DNA of 64,000 nt from positions 55,271,331 through 55,335,330 of the forward strand of contig NC_068998.1 in assembly GCF_001194135.2 (NCBI RefSeq), written 5' to 3'. Each line of letters begins with the position of its first letter. Position 1 is the stretch's first letter. Positions 1 to 13,300 of the stretch are shown here, in pieces. The notes under the pieces were generated by a model. It did no database searches. It worked only from the letters and a program-made list of their open reading frames with translations, and was not told where the DNA came from. The translations under genes were made by a program, and so were the position numbers. This stretch comes from Octopus bimaculoides (taxonomy: Eukaryota).

Positions 1-281
1 ATTGCTGTAGCTGGTCTTGTCATGTTTTATTTCTCTTAACTCTCTGCCCACTGTTCAAATCCTGCAACTTTATGTTAGGAGAATGAGGAGTAGAGAGGGG
101 TAAAGTAGAAGGGAAAATGGCCAGAGGAGAGCAAATTTCTTGCTGTGGAGGAGCGAAATGACTAATCGTATTTTAGGAGAGAGGAGAGAGGAGAGTGATT
201 GGGGGCAGACGGAAGGCGATTAAAAAGTGTGGTAATGATGTGTCAGGGATGCAAACAATTATTGTTGTTGTTATTATTACG

Positions 282-503
282 AAGGCAGTGAGCTGGCTGA
301 GTCGTTTGCATGATGGGCAAAATGCTTTGTGGTATGTTGTCTGCCGCTATGTTCTGAGTTCAAATTCTGCTGAAGTCGACTTTGCCTTTCATCCTTTCAG
401 GGTCGATAAATTAAGTACTAGTTGAGTGCTGGGGTCGATATAATCGACAGGCTCCCTCCCCCAAAATTTCGGGCTTTGTGCAGAAAGGATTATTATTATT
501 ATT
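282..503 (+). mobile_element. tRNA-derived SINE, family A, copy 1
   Basis: Head AAGGCAGTGAGCTGGC, B-box-like GAGTTCAAATTC (357-368), body CTTTGCCTTTCATCCTTTC..GGGTCGATAAATTAAGTAC, tail AGAAAGG(ATT)n; re-occurs immediately downstream and in reverse elsewhere in the window. Confidence 0.8.
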
Positions 504-760
504 AAGGCAGTGAGCTGGCAGAATCGTTAGCATTAAAATCGTTAGCATCAATATCATTTAAGTGGAATGCTTAGCAGCATTTTGTCTGTCTTTAAATTTT
601 GAGTTCAAATTCTGCTGAGGTCAACTTTGCCTTTTGTCCTTTCGGGGTTGATAAATTAAGTACCAGTGAAACACTGGGGTCAATGTAATCAACAAGTCCC
701 TTTCCCCAAATTTCAGGCCTTGTACCTTTAGTAGAAAGGATTAAGGAGGATTATATTATA
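504..760 (+). mobile_element. tRNA-derived SINE, family A, copy 2 (tandem, starts at the (ATT)n tail of copy 1)
   Basis: Same head, GAGTTCAAATTC at 601-612, same body and AGAAAGGATT end as 282-503. Confidence 0.8.
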
Positions 761-1374
761 CTTAGATATACTTGCCAGTTGCCATAATAATTGCATGTAA
801 CACATCCAGTTTAATTTGTTGACAAATTCTGTTTCTTTTGAGAGAAACATCTGGCACGTTTCTTCTTCATTCCTAAATTACTTGATTGCTTTATTGTCAG
901 GAGTGTCAGAACTAGCATTAATTAACCATCCCCATAATTATGTTAATTACGTAATTGCAACTGGTCTTTAGTTTGCAATTGTACAAATTAAGTAAAAAAA
1001 ACAAAAAACAAACCTGGATCTGACAATTGACAAAAAAGCATTCATTAGAGGATCTTGTTCTAAAGTGTTTCTACAACTGAAGCATTTGAATGAAATAAAA
1101 TTCTTACAATTGTGTGTCTCTTATTCAAATTTGGATTATTTTTTTGAAGACAAGGAAAATGAAAAAAATATTTTAGCAAATGATTTTAGATTTATCTTTT
1201 TATAAACCAGTTTAATATTTTTGGAGTAATGTTTTGAAGAAATTTAAATTAAATTGTTTTTAATATGTAAAAAAACAACAAACAAAACAGAACAAAAACT
1301 CTTCTTACACTAAGGGCATCACACAACATTGGCATTAGGGAGTTGCTTTTTTGTTTGTATTTTTTTTTGTGTGT

Positions 1375-1580
1375 TTTTATTGATGTCAGTTTGTGGCCAT
1401 ACTGGGGCACTGCCTTTAAGGGTTTTGCTTGATTTTGTTTTGTATTTTATCAATCTGCCTTGGTAATTCAGACTAAACACCACAAGGTATCCTTTTGTTT
1501 GACCCGAGGTGCTATGTAGTGGGATTGAACCTAGAATCACATGGTTGTGAAGCAAACTTCTTAACTACACAACTATGTGT
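1375..1580 (-). mobile_element. SINE family B, degenerate copy
   Basis: Reverse complement resembles the family B head and 3' end seen at 31727 and 58286 (GGCCATACTGGGGCAC; GGGATTGAACC..AATCACATGGTTG..AAGCAAACTTCTTAACTACAC). Confidence 0.55.
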
Positions 1581-2087
1581 CCCTGATTGAATGTTGAAAG
1601 AGAGGTTTGCAGTGAATGTGAATGGTGTCTGTTTTGGTTTCAATAAAGGTAAGTCGAAAGAGTTTGAAACAACAAAGGTTCTGGTTAAAAAAACAAAGAA
1701 ATACTGTAAAGAATCTCTAAAAGAGACTCAAATAACTGAAGAATGTATAAATGGTGTTTGAATAACATCATCGAGATATCATTGGTGTCATTTGCTGGGA
1801 AACAAACTGAATTCATTTGCAAGGAAAAAATATTTTATGACTATTGTTGAGAAAGAGAGAGGTATTAAAATGATAAAACCTTAATATTTGAATTCTGTTG
1901 ACTAAAAATTGAAATTTGGCACAAAATGTTTAAAGATAAAAAAAATCTGAATGTTGTTTATATGTAAATATTTCCCTAGAATTCATGAAAATCAAATCCA
2001 CATTAAAATTTTTTTTTCTGTGTTCAATATCATTTGTTAAGCTGGATTTAGTATATTTTATTTTATTTATTTTTTCCCCTCCTTAAG

Positions 2088-2144
2088 GATGGTCAAATGA
2101 CCAATTGCCCTCCAATTACATCTGCCAAAGCTGTTCAAAAACAG
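2088..2144 (+). CDS. Probable coronin-2-like exon (DGQMTNCPPITSAKAVQKQ), 57 nt, phase 0-0
   Basis: Pyrimidine tract TTTTTCCCCTCCTTAAG| acceptor, CAG|GTAAAT donor, open frame. Confidence 0.55.
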
Positions 2145-5100
2145 GTAAATAGTCCATTCTCATTGTATCAGTTCTTCATAGTTTGTTGCTTTTAATAACA
2201 TTCTCTTTAATACCGCCAATAACATTCTCTCTTCTCAATAATCTAATACTTGTATCAATCATTTTACAGAAACAAATCTATTTGGTTGTTTCTTTCTATT
2301 TTATAGAATTCTTTTTGAACATTTAAAAAATATTTTTGTTAGGTTTTATTTCCTTTTAAAAACCAATCTGCTTTCATGAAATATTTCTAGTGTTCAGCTG
2401 TTGGTTTTAAATATTCTTTGTATATTTGAAAATATTTGTGAAAACAAAAAAATATATGAAACAAAGAAATTGATTATATTTCTATAATAATAAACACGAA
2501 ATTCTGTGTGTCCGGGACCTCCATATCTCAGTCTATATTTTCTCTATTTAGACATATTATATGTTTTTGGAATCAGGACGATCCCAGGATTGAAAATCTG
2601 TCCTTCATTTGGTTCTTGAACATCCAGCTTTGGGATCTGATTTAAAAGCATTTGGGTTGCTATTTCTAGCAGGTAAAGTTTGGCTGATTCACGCCATCTT
2701 GGTTGGCGTTTGTCTGAGATCGGTGGGGGGGGGGGATAAATGACATTCGCAAACAATTGGAATTAACTTGGGACAGGAACAATAAGAAGGATTACATTAC
2801 AAAATTAATTCTCATCCGTCCTTAACCTCTGAACAAACACCACAGGGGCATTTAGTCATTATAGGTGTATTATAGTCATGCTAATTAGGTCTCCTTAGTT
2901 TTGGGCTGCAGGTCCAATTAACCCTCTGCAGACAAACTTCTTCAAAGAAACTAATAACCTATTTATGAATTGATTGGATTATGGAAGTCAGCAAATTTTT
3001 CCTATTATACTTCTGAATTTAGTTAATCCAAAGGTGTGGGTGTTTGTTAATAAACATTAAGAAGTTAAAAGATAAAAATCTTTCTCCATCTGGAAATTAA
3101 TCTACAGAAGCAATGCTTATGATAAAAAAACAACTTCCCTTGTTTGTAATAAACTTACAGCAACATTTTACTTAGGTAAACAGAGACGATTAATGTTGTC
3201 TCTAGGGAAAAAACAACATATATCCCCTCCCCCTTTACTATTTTGACTAATCCTGGTCTATCTTCTCTGCTAATGCACAATAATATATTGCTTTTATAAA
3301 TTTCCTTTGTGATATTATATTGTAGAGATTTCATCTAATAACCAAAAAAATCCTTATAAATCTTTAACTCTGTCCGCATGACAATATTGACTTGTTTTGA
3401 TAACTTTCTGATCTGAAACAAGTAAAACTCTTTTACTCTTATGATTTTCCTTTGAAACTATTTTAATCCTGTCCTTCATTGATATTCTATCAATTCCTGT
3501 TACTGTTTTCGTTTCCAAATCGAATTCTTGTCTAACAGCTGTGGCTCATTTCTTTGTTGTTCTGCTTCTATTAACCTGCTTCTTTTGTTAATCAGATTAT
3601 TTGATAGTTTTTTGCTTGACTTATAAGAAGTGCTTCTCATTTAAATATTTATTTCACTTCTAAAATATGGAAAGTAAATACATTGTTATGCTTTTTGTTG
3701 TTATCTTCACAAGAGACTGTTTTGATTGAATTGGGCAGATTTTTTTGGGTAATTAGCTTATTGGTTGTGTTTAATCAATGACATATATGTATATTGATTT
3801 TATTTGTTGTACAGAAGGCATAAGAGTGTTCAATACACCTTTAATTTCAAAGTGTATAAAGTCACCTGTAAGTAACCAGGATTATAAATCCATGCCATAG
3901 GTGTTTGTGCAGCCAACTTTGTCTCATTGGCTTCATTCATTAATAAACACACACACACACACACACACACTTGTTCTCTCGCTCGCTCTCTCAAGGTCTC
4001 CCACTGACTTCAACCTTCCATTACTCTCAAATGGTAAACACCAGAGCTGGCTGCTGTTTTTCACATAGTTTCAATCTTTCTCTTCACTAATCTACAGAAA
4101 TAGATTATGTTGGATAAGAAGGGCAAACTCTGACATGGCCAATTTTGAATTTTTTCTTCTCCAACATTTTGAAGGTGATGGAGATAATCATAAGCCTCCA
4201 CTTCCAGACCTCTTTTGTTATTTTCAGCCTCTTCTTCCTTATTTACTTTCATTATGGTTTTTATTAATTCAAATTTAGTGGAAAATTGCTCTAATTTGCT
4301 CACATGTCTAGCATGATTACAGGTAAATTCACTGCGAAGACAATTCACTGCAAGGAAAGTTTACTGAGAAAATATATCCATGGTATCTCACCATTAATAG
4401 TTAAAAACTATTTTATTGAGAAGAAAAATGGTGAATTGATGGTGAACTTAGCGGACATGATCTAGCACAGTGCCGTTACTCAAACATTGTTGAGCACATC
4501 TTAAAAAGAATGTTTGCTCATCCGGTTGTCAAAGCTACCCCCACTGACCCAACACTGAGGTGCTGGCCCTATATATGCCTACTAGAAACATTCCATCTAT
4601 CGCTCTACTCCTTTGAATCCAAACACAGGAGACCTTAACCATATTCTGGCATGAGAACTTCCTACTTAAGTTATCTGCTGTGGATTCCATTATTTTTGAT
4701 ATTGGAATTTTCCAGTTTTAAGTCTTTTTGAGATTTCTCAGTTCCTTGATTTCAAAAGAAAATGACCCTACTTTGGATTAATTTCCTCAGACCAAATGTC
4801 ATGTTTAGAAAGATGGTGGTTATTTTATGGTTTATTAAATAGTAAACTTCTCTCATCAGCAGATTGAAATACCATTTTACTTATTCCATTTATGAAGATT
4901 TGTTTTTGCTTTTTTTCTCAATGAAGATTTGAGACCCTGAAATGCAGTTATTATTTTGTTTCAAATTAAAGTAGTGAATGACTTACTAATTACTGCCTAG
5001 TTGATATTTTAATGATTTTATGATTTAATTATTGCATTTATTATTTCGATAATTTGCCATTTTTTGATTTGTCTTCTGTAATTTTTCTAGCCATTCTTTC

Positions 5101-6611
5101 TTGACTAAACCCAATCCTTTTCTTTTTAGGATGGAGCCTTAAAGCAAACCCCGACCATCACCACTTTCAAGGCTGTCAACCGTCCCCCATTGGCACGTTC
5201 GTCTACATTGCCTACAGCTCAGGTTCCTCCTAGTGTTAACACAGAAATTAATAAGGAACCGGCATCTCTGAAAAACATAAAAAGACTTAGCTCTAATGAT
5301 GAATTTCTTACTTTATCAAGGTAATTTGCTTTAATTTTTAAATGCGAAACTCAAATTGAGTTTGAATCATTTAAAAGTGGGAGAAAAAAAAGTGTGAATT
5401 TTTTCTAAGAAAATGGAATGAAAATGTTATGTGTATTGATCAAAAGTTCATCTTTCTCCCACCCTTTTTGTTGTGATTTTCTTTTGATTGTAGTTGATCA
5501 ACTTTCACCAGATTTTAATGTTCAAATACTTATGTCTTGAACAAGTTTGTTAATATTTGATTCAAGCATTTTTAATCTTTTATTAGACTTATCATCTCAA
5601 AGCTAAATAATTTCACATGCTTTCTTTAAAATATTTATAAACTTTCTAATCCAACTGCTTTACAGTGGATTCTTGTGCTTGAGAAATTTGGTGAAATAGA
5701 ATTTTTACAAAATTTCTTAACAAAATCTCCTCTGCCCATTTATGTAAGACAAGAAAAGTGTCACATGTTGGTTTAGATGCTACCATAACCTACTTGGATA
5801 TGTGAGTGTTTTTAGATGACACCCAGAACTGCCATTAAAGATGTAGGTTTGAAGCTATGTACATTTTATATGACTCTATAAAACTACCTGGTCATATTTC
5901 ACAACAGAATTGATTGTGAGTCAATGTTTGGACATTTTTCACAAGAAATCCTGCCGCTTCTGAAAAAGTGACAATTCCAACATTTCCAGGAAACCTGTTT
6001 TTAAATGTTTCAAAATACCAGGAACTGTAACATTTATTGTGAATGACCTGATAAACGGGCTTATCACAGACAGTTAATATCTGTCAATAAAAATGGGTTT
6101 ATTAGTAATCTGTTACTAATCTACAATTATCCTAATTAAAGCACTCAGTGTTAATGAAATCTGCCATGGGGCCCTGAATGGCTGTTTACTGTGGGTCAGT
6201 TTTACAAATGGTGAATGGCTAACATTTTAAGTTATGTTTATAGTATATCTTTATTATTTCAATCTGGTTTTCCAAATATATTTGGGAATTTCATTAGAAA
6301 ATATTGAGTAGAAAGACCCTAGTGCTGTTCTTCTCCATCCCAGACTTTAGCCGAGAGAATATTCAGTTTCAGTTTTGCATACTTGGATTTTAAGATGACT
6401 CCTGCTTGTGGGGTGATTCTCCCACCCTTGATTCACATTCCGTCCTATATGCTGAGGATGCCACTCTATACCTTCCAAATGCACAAATTATTTCACACAC
6501 AACTCCACAGAGAATTCAGGAACAACATGCAATAGAAACCTGACAGCTTAGTCTCTCTCTCTCTCTCTCTCTCTCTTTTTCTCTCTCTCTCTTTCTCTCT
6601 CNNNNNNNNNN

Positions 6612-6655
<44 letters not shown>

Positions 6656-9600
6656 TGCAAAAGCAGCAAAATACAGGCTTCTTTTAGGAAAGTCATTTGC
6701 ATCACTCCATCTCTCCTCAGGAACAGTTCAATCTTTTATACCGTTTTGAAATTTTGGGCCTAAAAGTCTTTGATAACCTTTTGTGGAAACCTTGTAATCA
6801 CTTTGAGGACCACAGACTATTCCTGTCCTGAGTTTCTGTTAACCATTAACAAAATGCATGTGTATTACACATGAGAATTGTTGCTTATACATGTGAGGCT
6901 ACATGTGTGTGTGCACACACACACACACAACCTCTTTGCTCATAAAGCTTTTATCACTGATGTTCTTTAGGCACTGGCTCTCTTTTACAATCTCAAAAAT
7001 AGTTTCCCCTCTGATTCTGTTATGGTTGTACTTACTTCACATGAAAAAAGTTGCTACACCTGCTTCTCCTGTAATCTTCTTCTGAGCCACATCACAAAAG
7101 TTTTCTGTTCATGTTACCTGGACTTGTTCTATTTTGGGAAATCCATAACTTTCTTAATTAACGTGTACCTCGGAAAGAAGAGCTGTTTTTTGTAGCTTTC
7201 AGACCATTTTTCATTATTTTTCACTCCAGTTTGTTTAAATTACTTCTCTTCACCAGTTTCGTTTTCTTTACAAGATGAAACCTTGTTTTCCAGTGATCCT
7301 GCAAATAACACCTGTAACATTGAAAACCATGGGGAAGGTGATGTGTCAACAGCCAAGGAATCCGTTAACAAAACCCCTGAAAAAGTGATGAGGAAGTCTT
7401 GGGCTCCATCGTCTAATTCTAGTTCTGCTGATGATGTCACATCAAATGGGATTGTTTCATCGTCACCTGTTGATGTAAGTAAGAACACCTGGGTAACACC
7501 ATTCCCTCAATGATAAAAACTCATTAAATACAAACGATTAGAAATGAAGGATTTGAGTAAAACAACCTGAAATGATATTTCTATCTTTTCACTAAACCAT
7601 TCTTTGCATTTATGACTTTGAATTGAACTAAAATGTTTTGCTTCAGTTCATTCGAGGCGCGTGTGTGTGTGTATCAATCTTTTTTAATATTTATTTCTAT
7701 TTGCTAGTAAGCATGGACAGTATTGAATTTGACTGAGTATCTGACCGGATGTGATGTGTTTAATCTCCAGGCTGTCAATATATTCATGCATTTAATTTTA
7801 AACTGTAAAAATCTAGACATTTAAGATGACATTAGCAAAAAAGATTTGATAATAGCTGTTTAATCCATAATCCTGGATTCCCCTCTCCTACCTCCTAACT
7901 CTATACATATGTAAAAAGGAAGGCTTTGAGATTCCCAATGAAAAGAAGGAGTCGGGAATGGCTGAAGCGGAAGGCAAAAGAATTGAAGATGTTGATGATG
8001 TGGTCGATGTGATTGAACAGTTTACCAGGAAAAGTGAGAGAAGCTGATCTATGCATTTAGAAATAAGGGTTTTCATAAAATGGTTTTGTTTATTTAATGA
8101 GATTAATAATATTCAGTATTTATTGCAACCAGTTTTGTTGATATTAGATATTAGAATTCTTTTACTAGTTTCAGTCATTCTATTACAGCCATGTCTTGTA
8201 ATTCTACCTTCAAAGGATTTTATTGATGTGAATGGTTTGTCATTAAAAAAAGACACCCCCCCCCCCCCCNNNNNNNNNNNNNNNNNNNNNNNNNNNNNNN
8301 NNNNNNNNNNNNNNNNNNNNNNNNNNNNNNNNNNNNNNNNNNNNNNNNNNNNNNNNNNNNNNNNNNNNNNNNNNNNNNNNNNNNNNNNNNNNNNNNNNNN
8401 NNNNNNNNNNNNNNNNNNNNNNNNNNNNNNNNNNNNNNNNNNNNNNNNNNNNNNNNNNNNNNNNNNNNNNNNNNNNNNNNNNNNNNNNNNNNNNNNNNNN
8501 NNNNNNNNNNNNNNNNNNNNNNNNNNNNNNNNNNNNNNNNNNNNNNNNNNNNNNNNNNNNNNNNNNNNNNNNNNNNNNNNNNNNNNNNNNNNNNNNNNNN
8601 NNNNNNNNNNNNNNNNNNNNNNNNNNNNNNNNNNNNNNNNNNNNNNNNNNNNNNNNNNNNNNNNNNNNNNNNNNNNNNNNNNNNNNNNNNNNNNNNNNNN
8701 NNNNNNNNNNNNNNNNNNNNNNNNNNNNNNNNNNNNNNNNNNNNNNNNNNNNNNNNNNNNNNNNNNNNNNNNNNNNNNNNNNNNNNNNNNNNNNNNNNNN
8801 NNNNNNNNNNNNNNNNNNNNNNNNNNNNNNNNNNNNNNNNNNNNNNNNNNNNNNNNNNNNNNNNNNNNNNNNNNNNNNNNNNNNNNNNNNNNNNNNNNNN
8901 NNNNNNNNNNNNNNNNNNNNNNNNNNNNNNNACCAAGGAAAAGAAGAAATAAAAATTCTCAAGAAATAGACAAAAGGTGTATTCTCTGAAATTTGTGATA
9001 TTTTCTTGAATGGAGAGAAGAATGCTTAACTTGTAGATGTAGCAGTTAAAAATGTCCTCATCTAATTTAGTACATTCATACTGTTATGTATTGTATATTC
9101 ATATATGTGTGTGTGTGTGTGTATATATATATATGTGTGTGTATATATATATATATATATTAAGAATAACGAGAAATAGGAGAGGTAATTAATAAAATTA
9201 TTTATTAATTATAAAATATGACAACATCTCTGTTTTGATTAAAAAATCTTTAGATAATTAATTTAAAAATGAAAATCCTTAATAAGATGAGTTAACGGTT
9301 TTATAGCTGTTATCTCAACATGTATTTCTAATCTGTATATCCTTACTACTTCTGAAGAGATTCATCCTATAATGATTTTAATTTTTTAATTAATTACGTT
9401 AAGATTTCTGAATTGAAACAGCTGTCAGAGATGTTATCATATTTTATAATTGATAAGTAATTGTATTAATTACCTCTCCATTTTCTCCTTATTCCTTAAA
9501 TATATGAACCACGGTTTATATGGTTACATTATAGTTGAACTTTCTATAGATTGGGAACTAACCAGTATTTTCATTGGATTTATGATCCCTTAATCAGGTT

Positions 9601-10255
9601 TATTACCTTTACTTGAGTTATATATATATATATATATCATCATCATCATCATCATCGTTTAACGTCCGCTTTCCATGCTAGCATGGGTTGGACGATTTGA
9701 CTGAGGACTGGTGAACCAGATGGCTACACCAGGCTCCAATCTGATCTGGCAGATATCATCATCATCGTTTAACGTCCGCTTTCCATGCTAGCATGGGTTG
9801 GACGATTTGACTGAGGACTGGTGAAACCGGATGGCAACACCAGGCTCCAGTCTGATTTGGCAGAGTTTCTACAGCTGGATGCCCTTCCTAACGCCAACCA
9901 CTCAGAGAGTGTAGTGGGTGCTTTTACGTGNNNNNNNNNNNNNNNNNNNNNNNNNNNNNNNNNNNNNNNNNNNNNNNNNNNNNNNNNNNNNNNNNNNNNN
10001 NNNNNNNNNNNNNNNNNNNNNNNNNNNNNNNNNNNNNNNNNNNNNNNNNNNNNNNNNNNNNNNNNNNNNNNNNNNNNNNNNNNNNNNNNNNNNNNNNNNN
10101 NNNNNNNNNNNNNNNNNNNNNNNNNNNNNNNNNNNNNNNNNNNNNNNNNNNNNNNNNNNNNNNNNNNNNNNNNNNNNNNNNNNNNNNNNNNNNNNNNNNN
10201 NNNNNNNNNNNNNNNNNNNNNNNNNNNNNCGAAGGTCTTGCCTCACCACCTCATG

Positions 10256-10306
<51 letters not shown>

Positions 10307-13300
10307 ACACACACAAATTGTGTTCGTTTCATTGAATGCAGTATATTTCTTTAATACAGTTTTGTAGCTCAGTCGTTTAACTCTTTTGGTCATATCCCGT
10401 TTCAATCATAATCTCTACTGTTAATCCCATTTGTTTTAAAACACCTTAGGGTTTAATATCTTTAATCTTTTGGAGTGAAATTTTGTCTGTGAAAAGTAAA
10501 GAATCTGGGTTCATGGGATTTATATTATTGTAGATTATCCAGTGTGTTTTGAGTGTGAAACACATAAACATGACACATGTACAAGTTAAATGAAGATTAT
10601 TGGATTCCATTTTGAATTGTTTTACATTTATATTTGTTTAGGGTACACAATCTTAGTTGGAATATTTAAGGTTTCTTTGGGACAAATTATTGCTGAATAT
10701 ATTTAGTGTCCATTCTTATATTTATTCATACTACTGATTATCTTTACTCTTCAGAATTCTCTGCCATTTGACCAAAATCTAAGAGAATGTAGTCAAGAAA
10801 TTCCAGACTTGCTTCAATCATGTCAATCTGAAAATTTAACTGAAATAATTGATGCAGAATCCAAAATTGATACAAACAATGGTCTGGAACCAGAAAATAT
10901 TCATTCTACACCTGCTGTCTTTAAGTCAAATATTAATTTGACATTTTCTTCTGAAACTAAATCAGTTGAAAGTGATGTACGAGTAAGTGCTTCCAATTAG
11001 TGCTTATGTTCCCCCAAATAATACTTTACAAGCAATGCTGTTGCTTAATCTAGTAGACTTAGTATCTACAAGATCAATATTTCAACTGACCGTTTCTCTT
11101 TTTTTTAAACTGTTGCATTAATCCCAACAATAAATTATGAAATTTAATCTAATATCAACTTTATCATCAGACTAACTGGCTTTTGGATAAAAACTCTCAA
11201 TGTTTTTATCAAACCATAATATGTAATACTAACAAGAGTTTAACATTATAGCTGCTATTTTACATTTCATTTAGTGTAACCAATATCAGTAGCAAATGGA
11301 ACCATTTGCACGAGATTCAATTCTAATAATGGTTTCCTCCAACTCTCTTTCATGGTTAATATTTGGAGAGAAAGACGACTGGAAATGTTTATCAATAATT
11401 TCACTGTCTGAAATATTAAGTAGAATGCTTAAATATTTGATAGTCAGAGGGAATAAGCTTAGGGAATCATACAAAGAAATGGATTAGAAATAACAACATG
11501 CTAAGCACTTTGGTCATAAATTTTGTGCTGGCAACAATACAGAATAAGATATGTTTAATAGCTCTGAAATGTATTTGGAAATATTTAGAATAAATACATT
11601 TTAATGCTGATAGAAGTTCTAAAAATGTTGTTGGAAAAAACCAAAAAACAAACTAGAATTTAACGGTAAAGTGTTGGTTAAAAAAGTTAAATCATGCTTC
11701 ACTGAAGAAGTTTACTTTGATTGAAACATGTCCTGGTACATCTGGGAAGGATAGAAGTATAGGTTTCTTAGAAATACTAGTTAGCTTCGTTTCAGTATCA
11801 AAAATATTATTTTCNNNNNNNNNNNNNNNNNNNNNNNNNNNNNNNNNNNNNNNNNNNNNNNNNNNNNNNNNNNNNNNNNNNNNNNNNNNNNNNNNNNNNN
11901 NNNNNNNNNNNNNNNNNNNNNNNNNNNNNNNNNNNNNNNNNNNNNNNNNNNNNNNNNNNNNNNNNNNNNNNNNNNNNNNNNNNNNNNNNNNNNNNNNNNN
12001 NNNNNNNNNNNNNNNNNNNNNNNNNNNNNNNNNNNNNNNNNNNNNNNNNNNNNNNNNNNNNNNNNNNNNNNNNNNNNNNNNNNNNNNNNNNNNNNNNNNN
12101 NNNNNNNNNNNNNNNNNNNNNNNNNNNNNNNNNNNNNNNNNNNNNNNNNNNNNNNNNNNNNNNNNNNNNNNNNNNNNNNNNNNNNNNNNNNNNNNNNNNN
12201 NNNNNNNNNNNNNNNNNNNNNNNNNNNNNNNNNNNNNNNNNNNNNNNNNNNNNNNNNNNNNNNNNNNNNNNNNNNNNNNNNNNNNNNNNNNNNNNNNNNN
12301 NNNNNNNNNNNNNNNNNNNNNNNNNNNNNNNNNNNNNNNNNNTTATGTAATTTTTTAGTTGAATAATTTAGAGGTGGTTTATTTGATAAGAAAATCATCA
12401 AATACTAACGTTTTGTTTATTTTAATATTTACTCCGAAGCTATTAATATATGTCTGTGTTCTTAGAATTTAAATTAATTTATTCTTATATTAATCACGTT
12501 ACAAAATTTAACAAGTTTCATTTCTAAACCAACAAATAACTTGTTGCATTCACATTCTGAAATAATCAGCCAAAATCTCAGTTGTTGGAATTTGAGTAAA
12601 TTTTCTTTATTGAATTTTTATGGGTTTTTTTTTTTTTTTTTTTTACATTAACTTTTTGTTAGTCCTTTTTAAAAAGTCACACTTCTGGTATAAATGTTAA
12701 TCTCTATATTGTTATGTCATGTTACTAATATTTCATTTTACTGAATAATATTTCCATGAATAACATAATTGCGTAGAAGAGACTAAGCCATCAAACCCTC
12801 TTTGTACCTGTTGGATTTCAGGATCAGTACAAAGTGTACCCCACCCCTCCCTTTTAATGTTAGAATAGATTGATACTTTTAGTATGAACTCATCATCATC
12901 ATCATCATCATACATCTGTTTTTCCATGTTGTCATGTGCTGGATGAGATATTTCTTATTATTGTGATGAGTGAAGATGTATATCAGAGGCTGAATCCTTT
13001 CTATCAAGCTATAACTACACATAGCATTTGCATATTTCCCTTGTTACTAAAATGTCATCATCATCATTTAACGTCTGCCTTTCATGCTAGCATGGGTGGG
13101 ACAGTTTCACAAGAGCCAGCCAGGCAGAAGCCTGTACCAGACTTCTCTTACTAAAATGCCAGCTCTGCTATATTCCTTTCTAATTTTGGCACAAGGCCAG
13201 TAATTTCGTTGGGATGGGAGTCAATTACATTGACACCAGTATTTGACTGGTACTTATTTTATAAGCCTAAAAATATAAAAAAGGCTGAGTTGATCATGGC

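Noticed and set aside
1613-1654. Strong AAG|GTAAGT donor at 1648/1649 as a further coronin exon
   Set aside because: The nearest acceptor gives a stop in phase 0, and the other frame does not fit the phase-0 exon at 2088.
8051-8989. Long ORFs spanning N runs (also 9821-10405, 11717-12401, 15023-15553, 23075-23950, 51849-52672)
   Set aside because: They are open only because N codons translate as X; assembly gaps, not genes.
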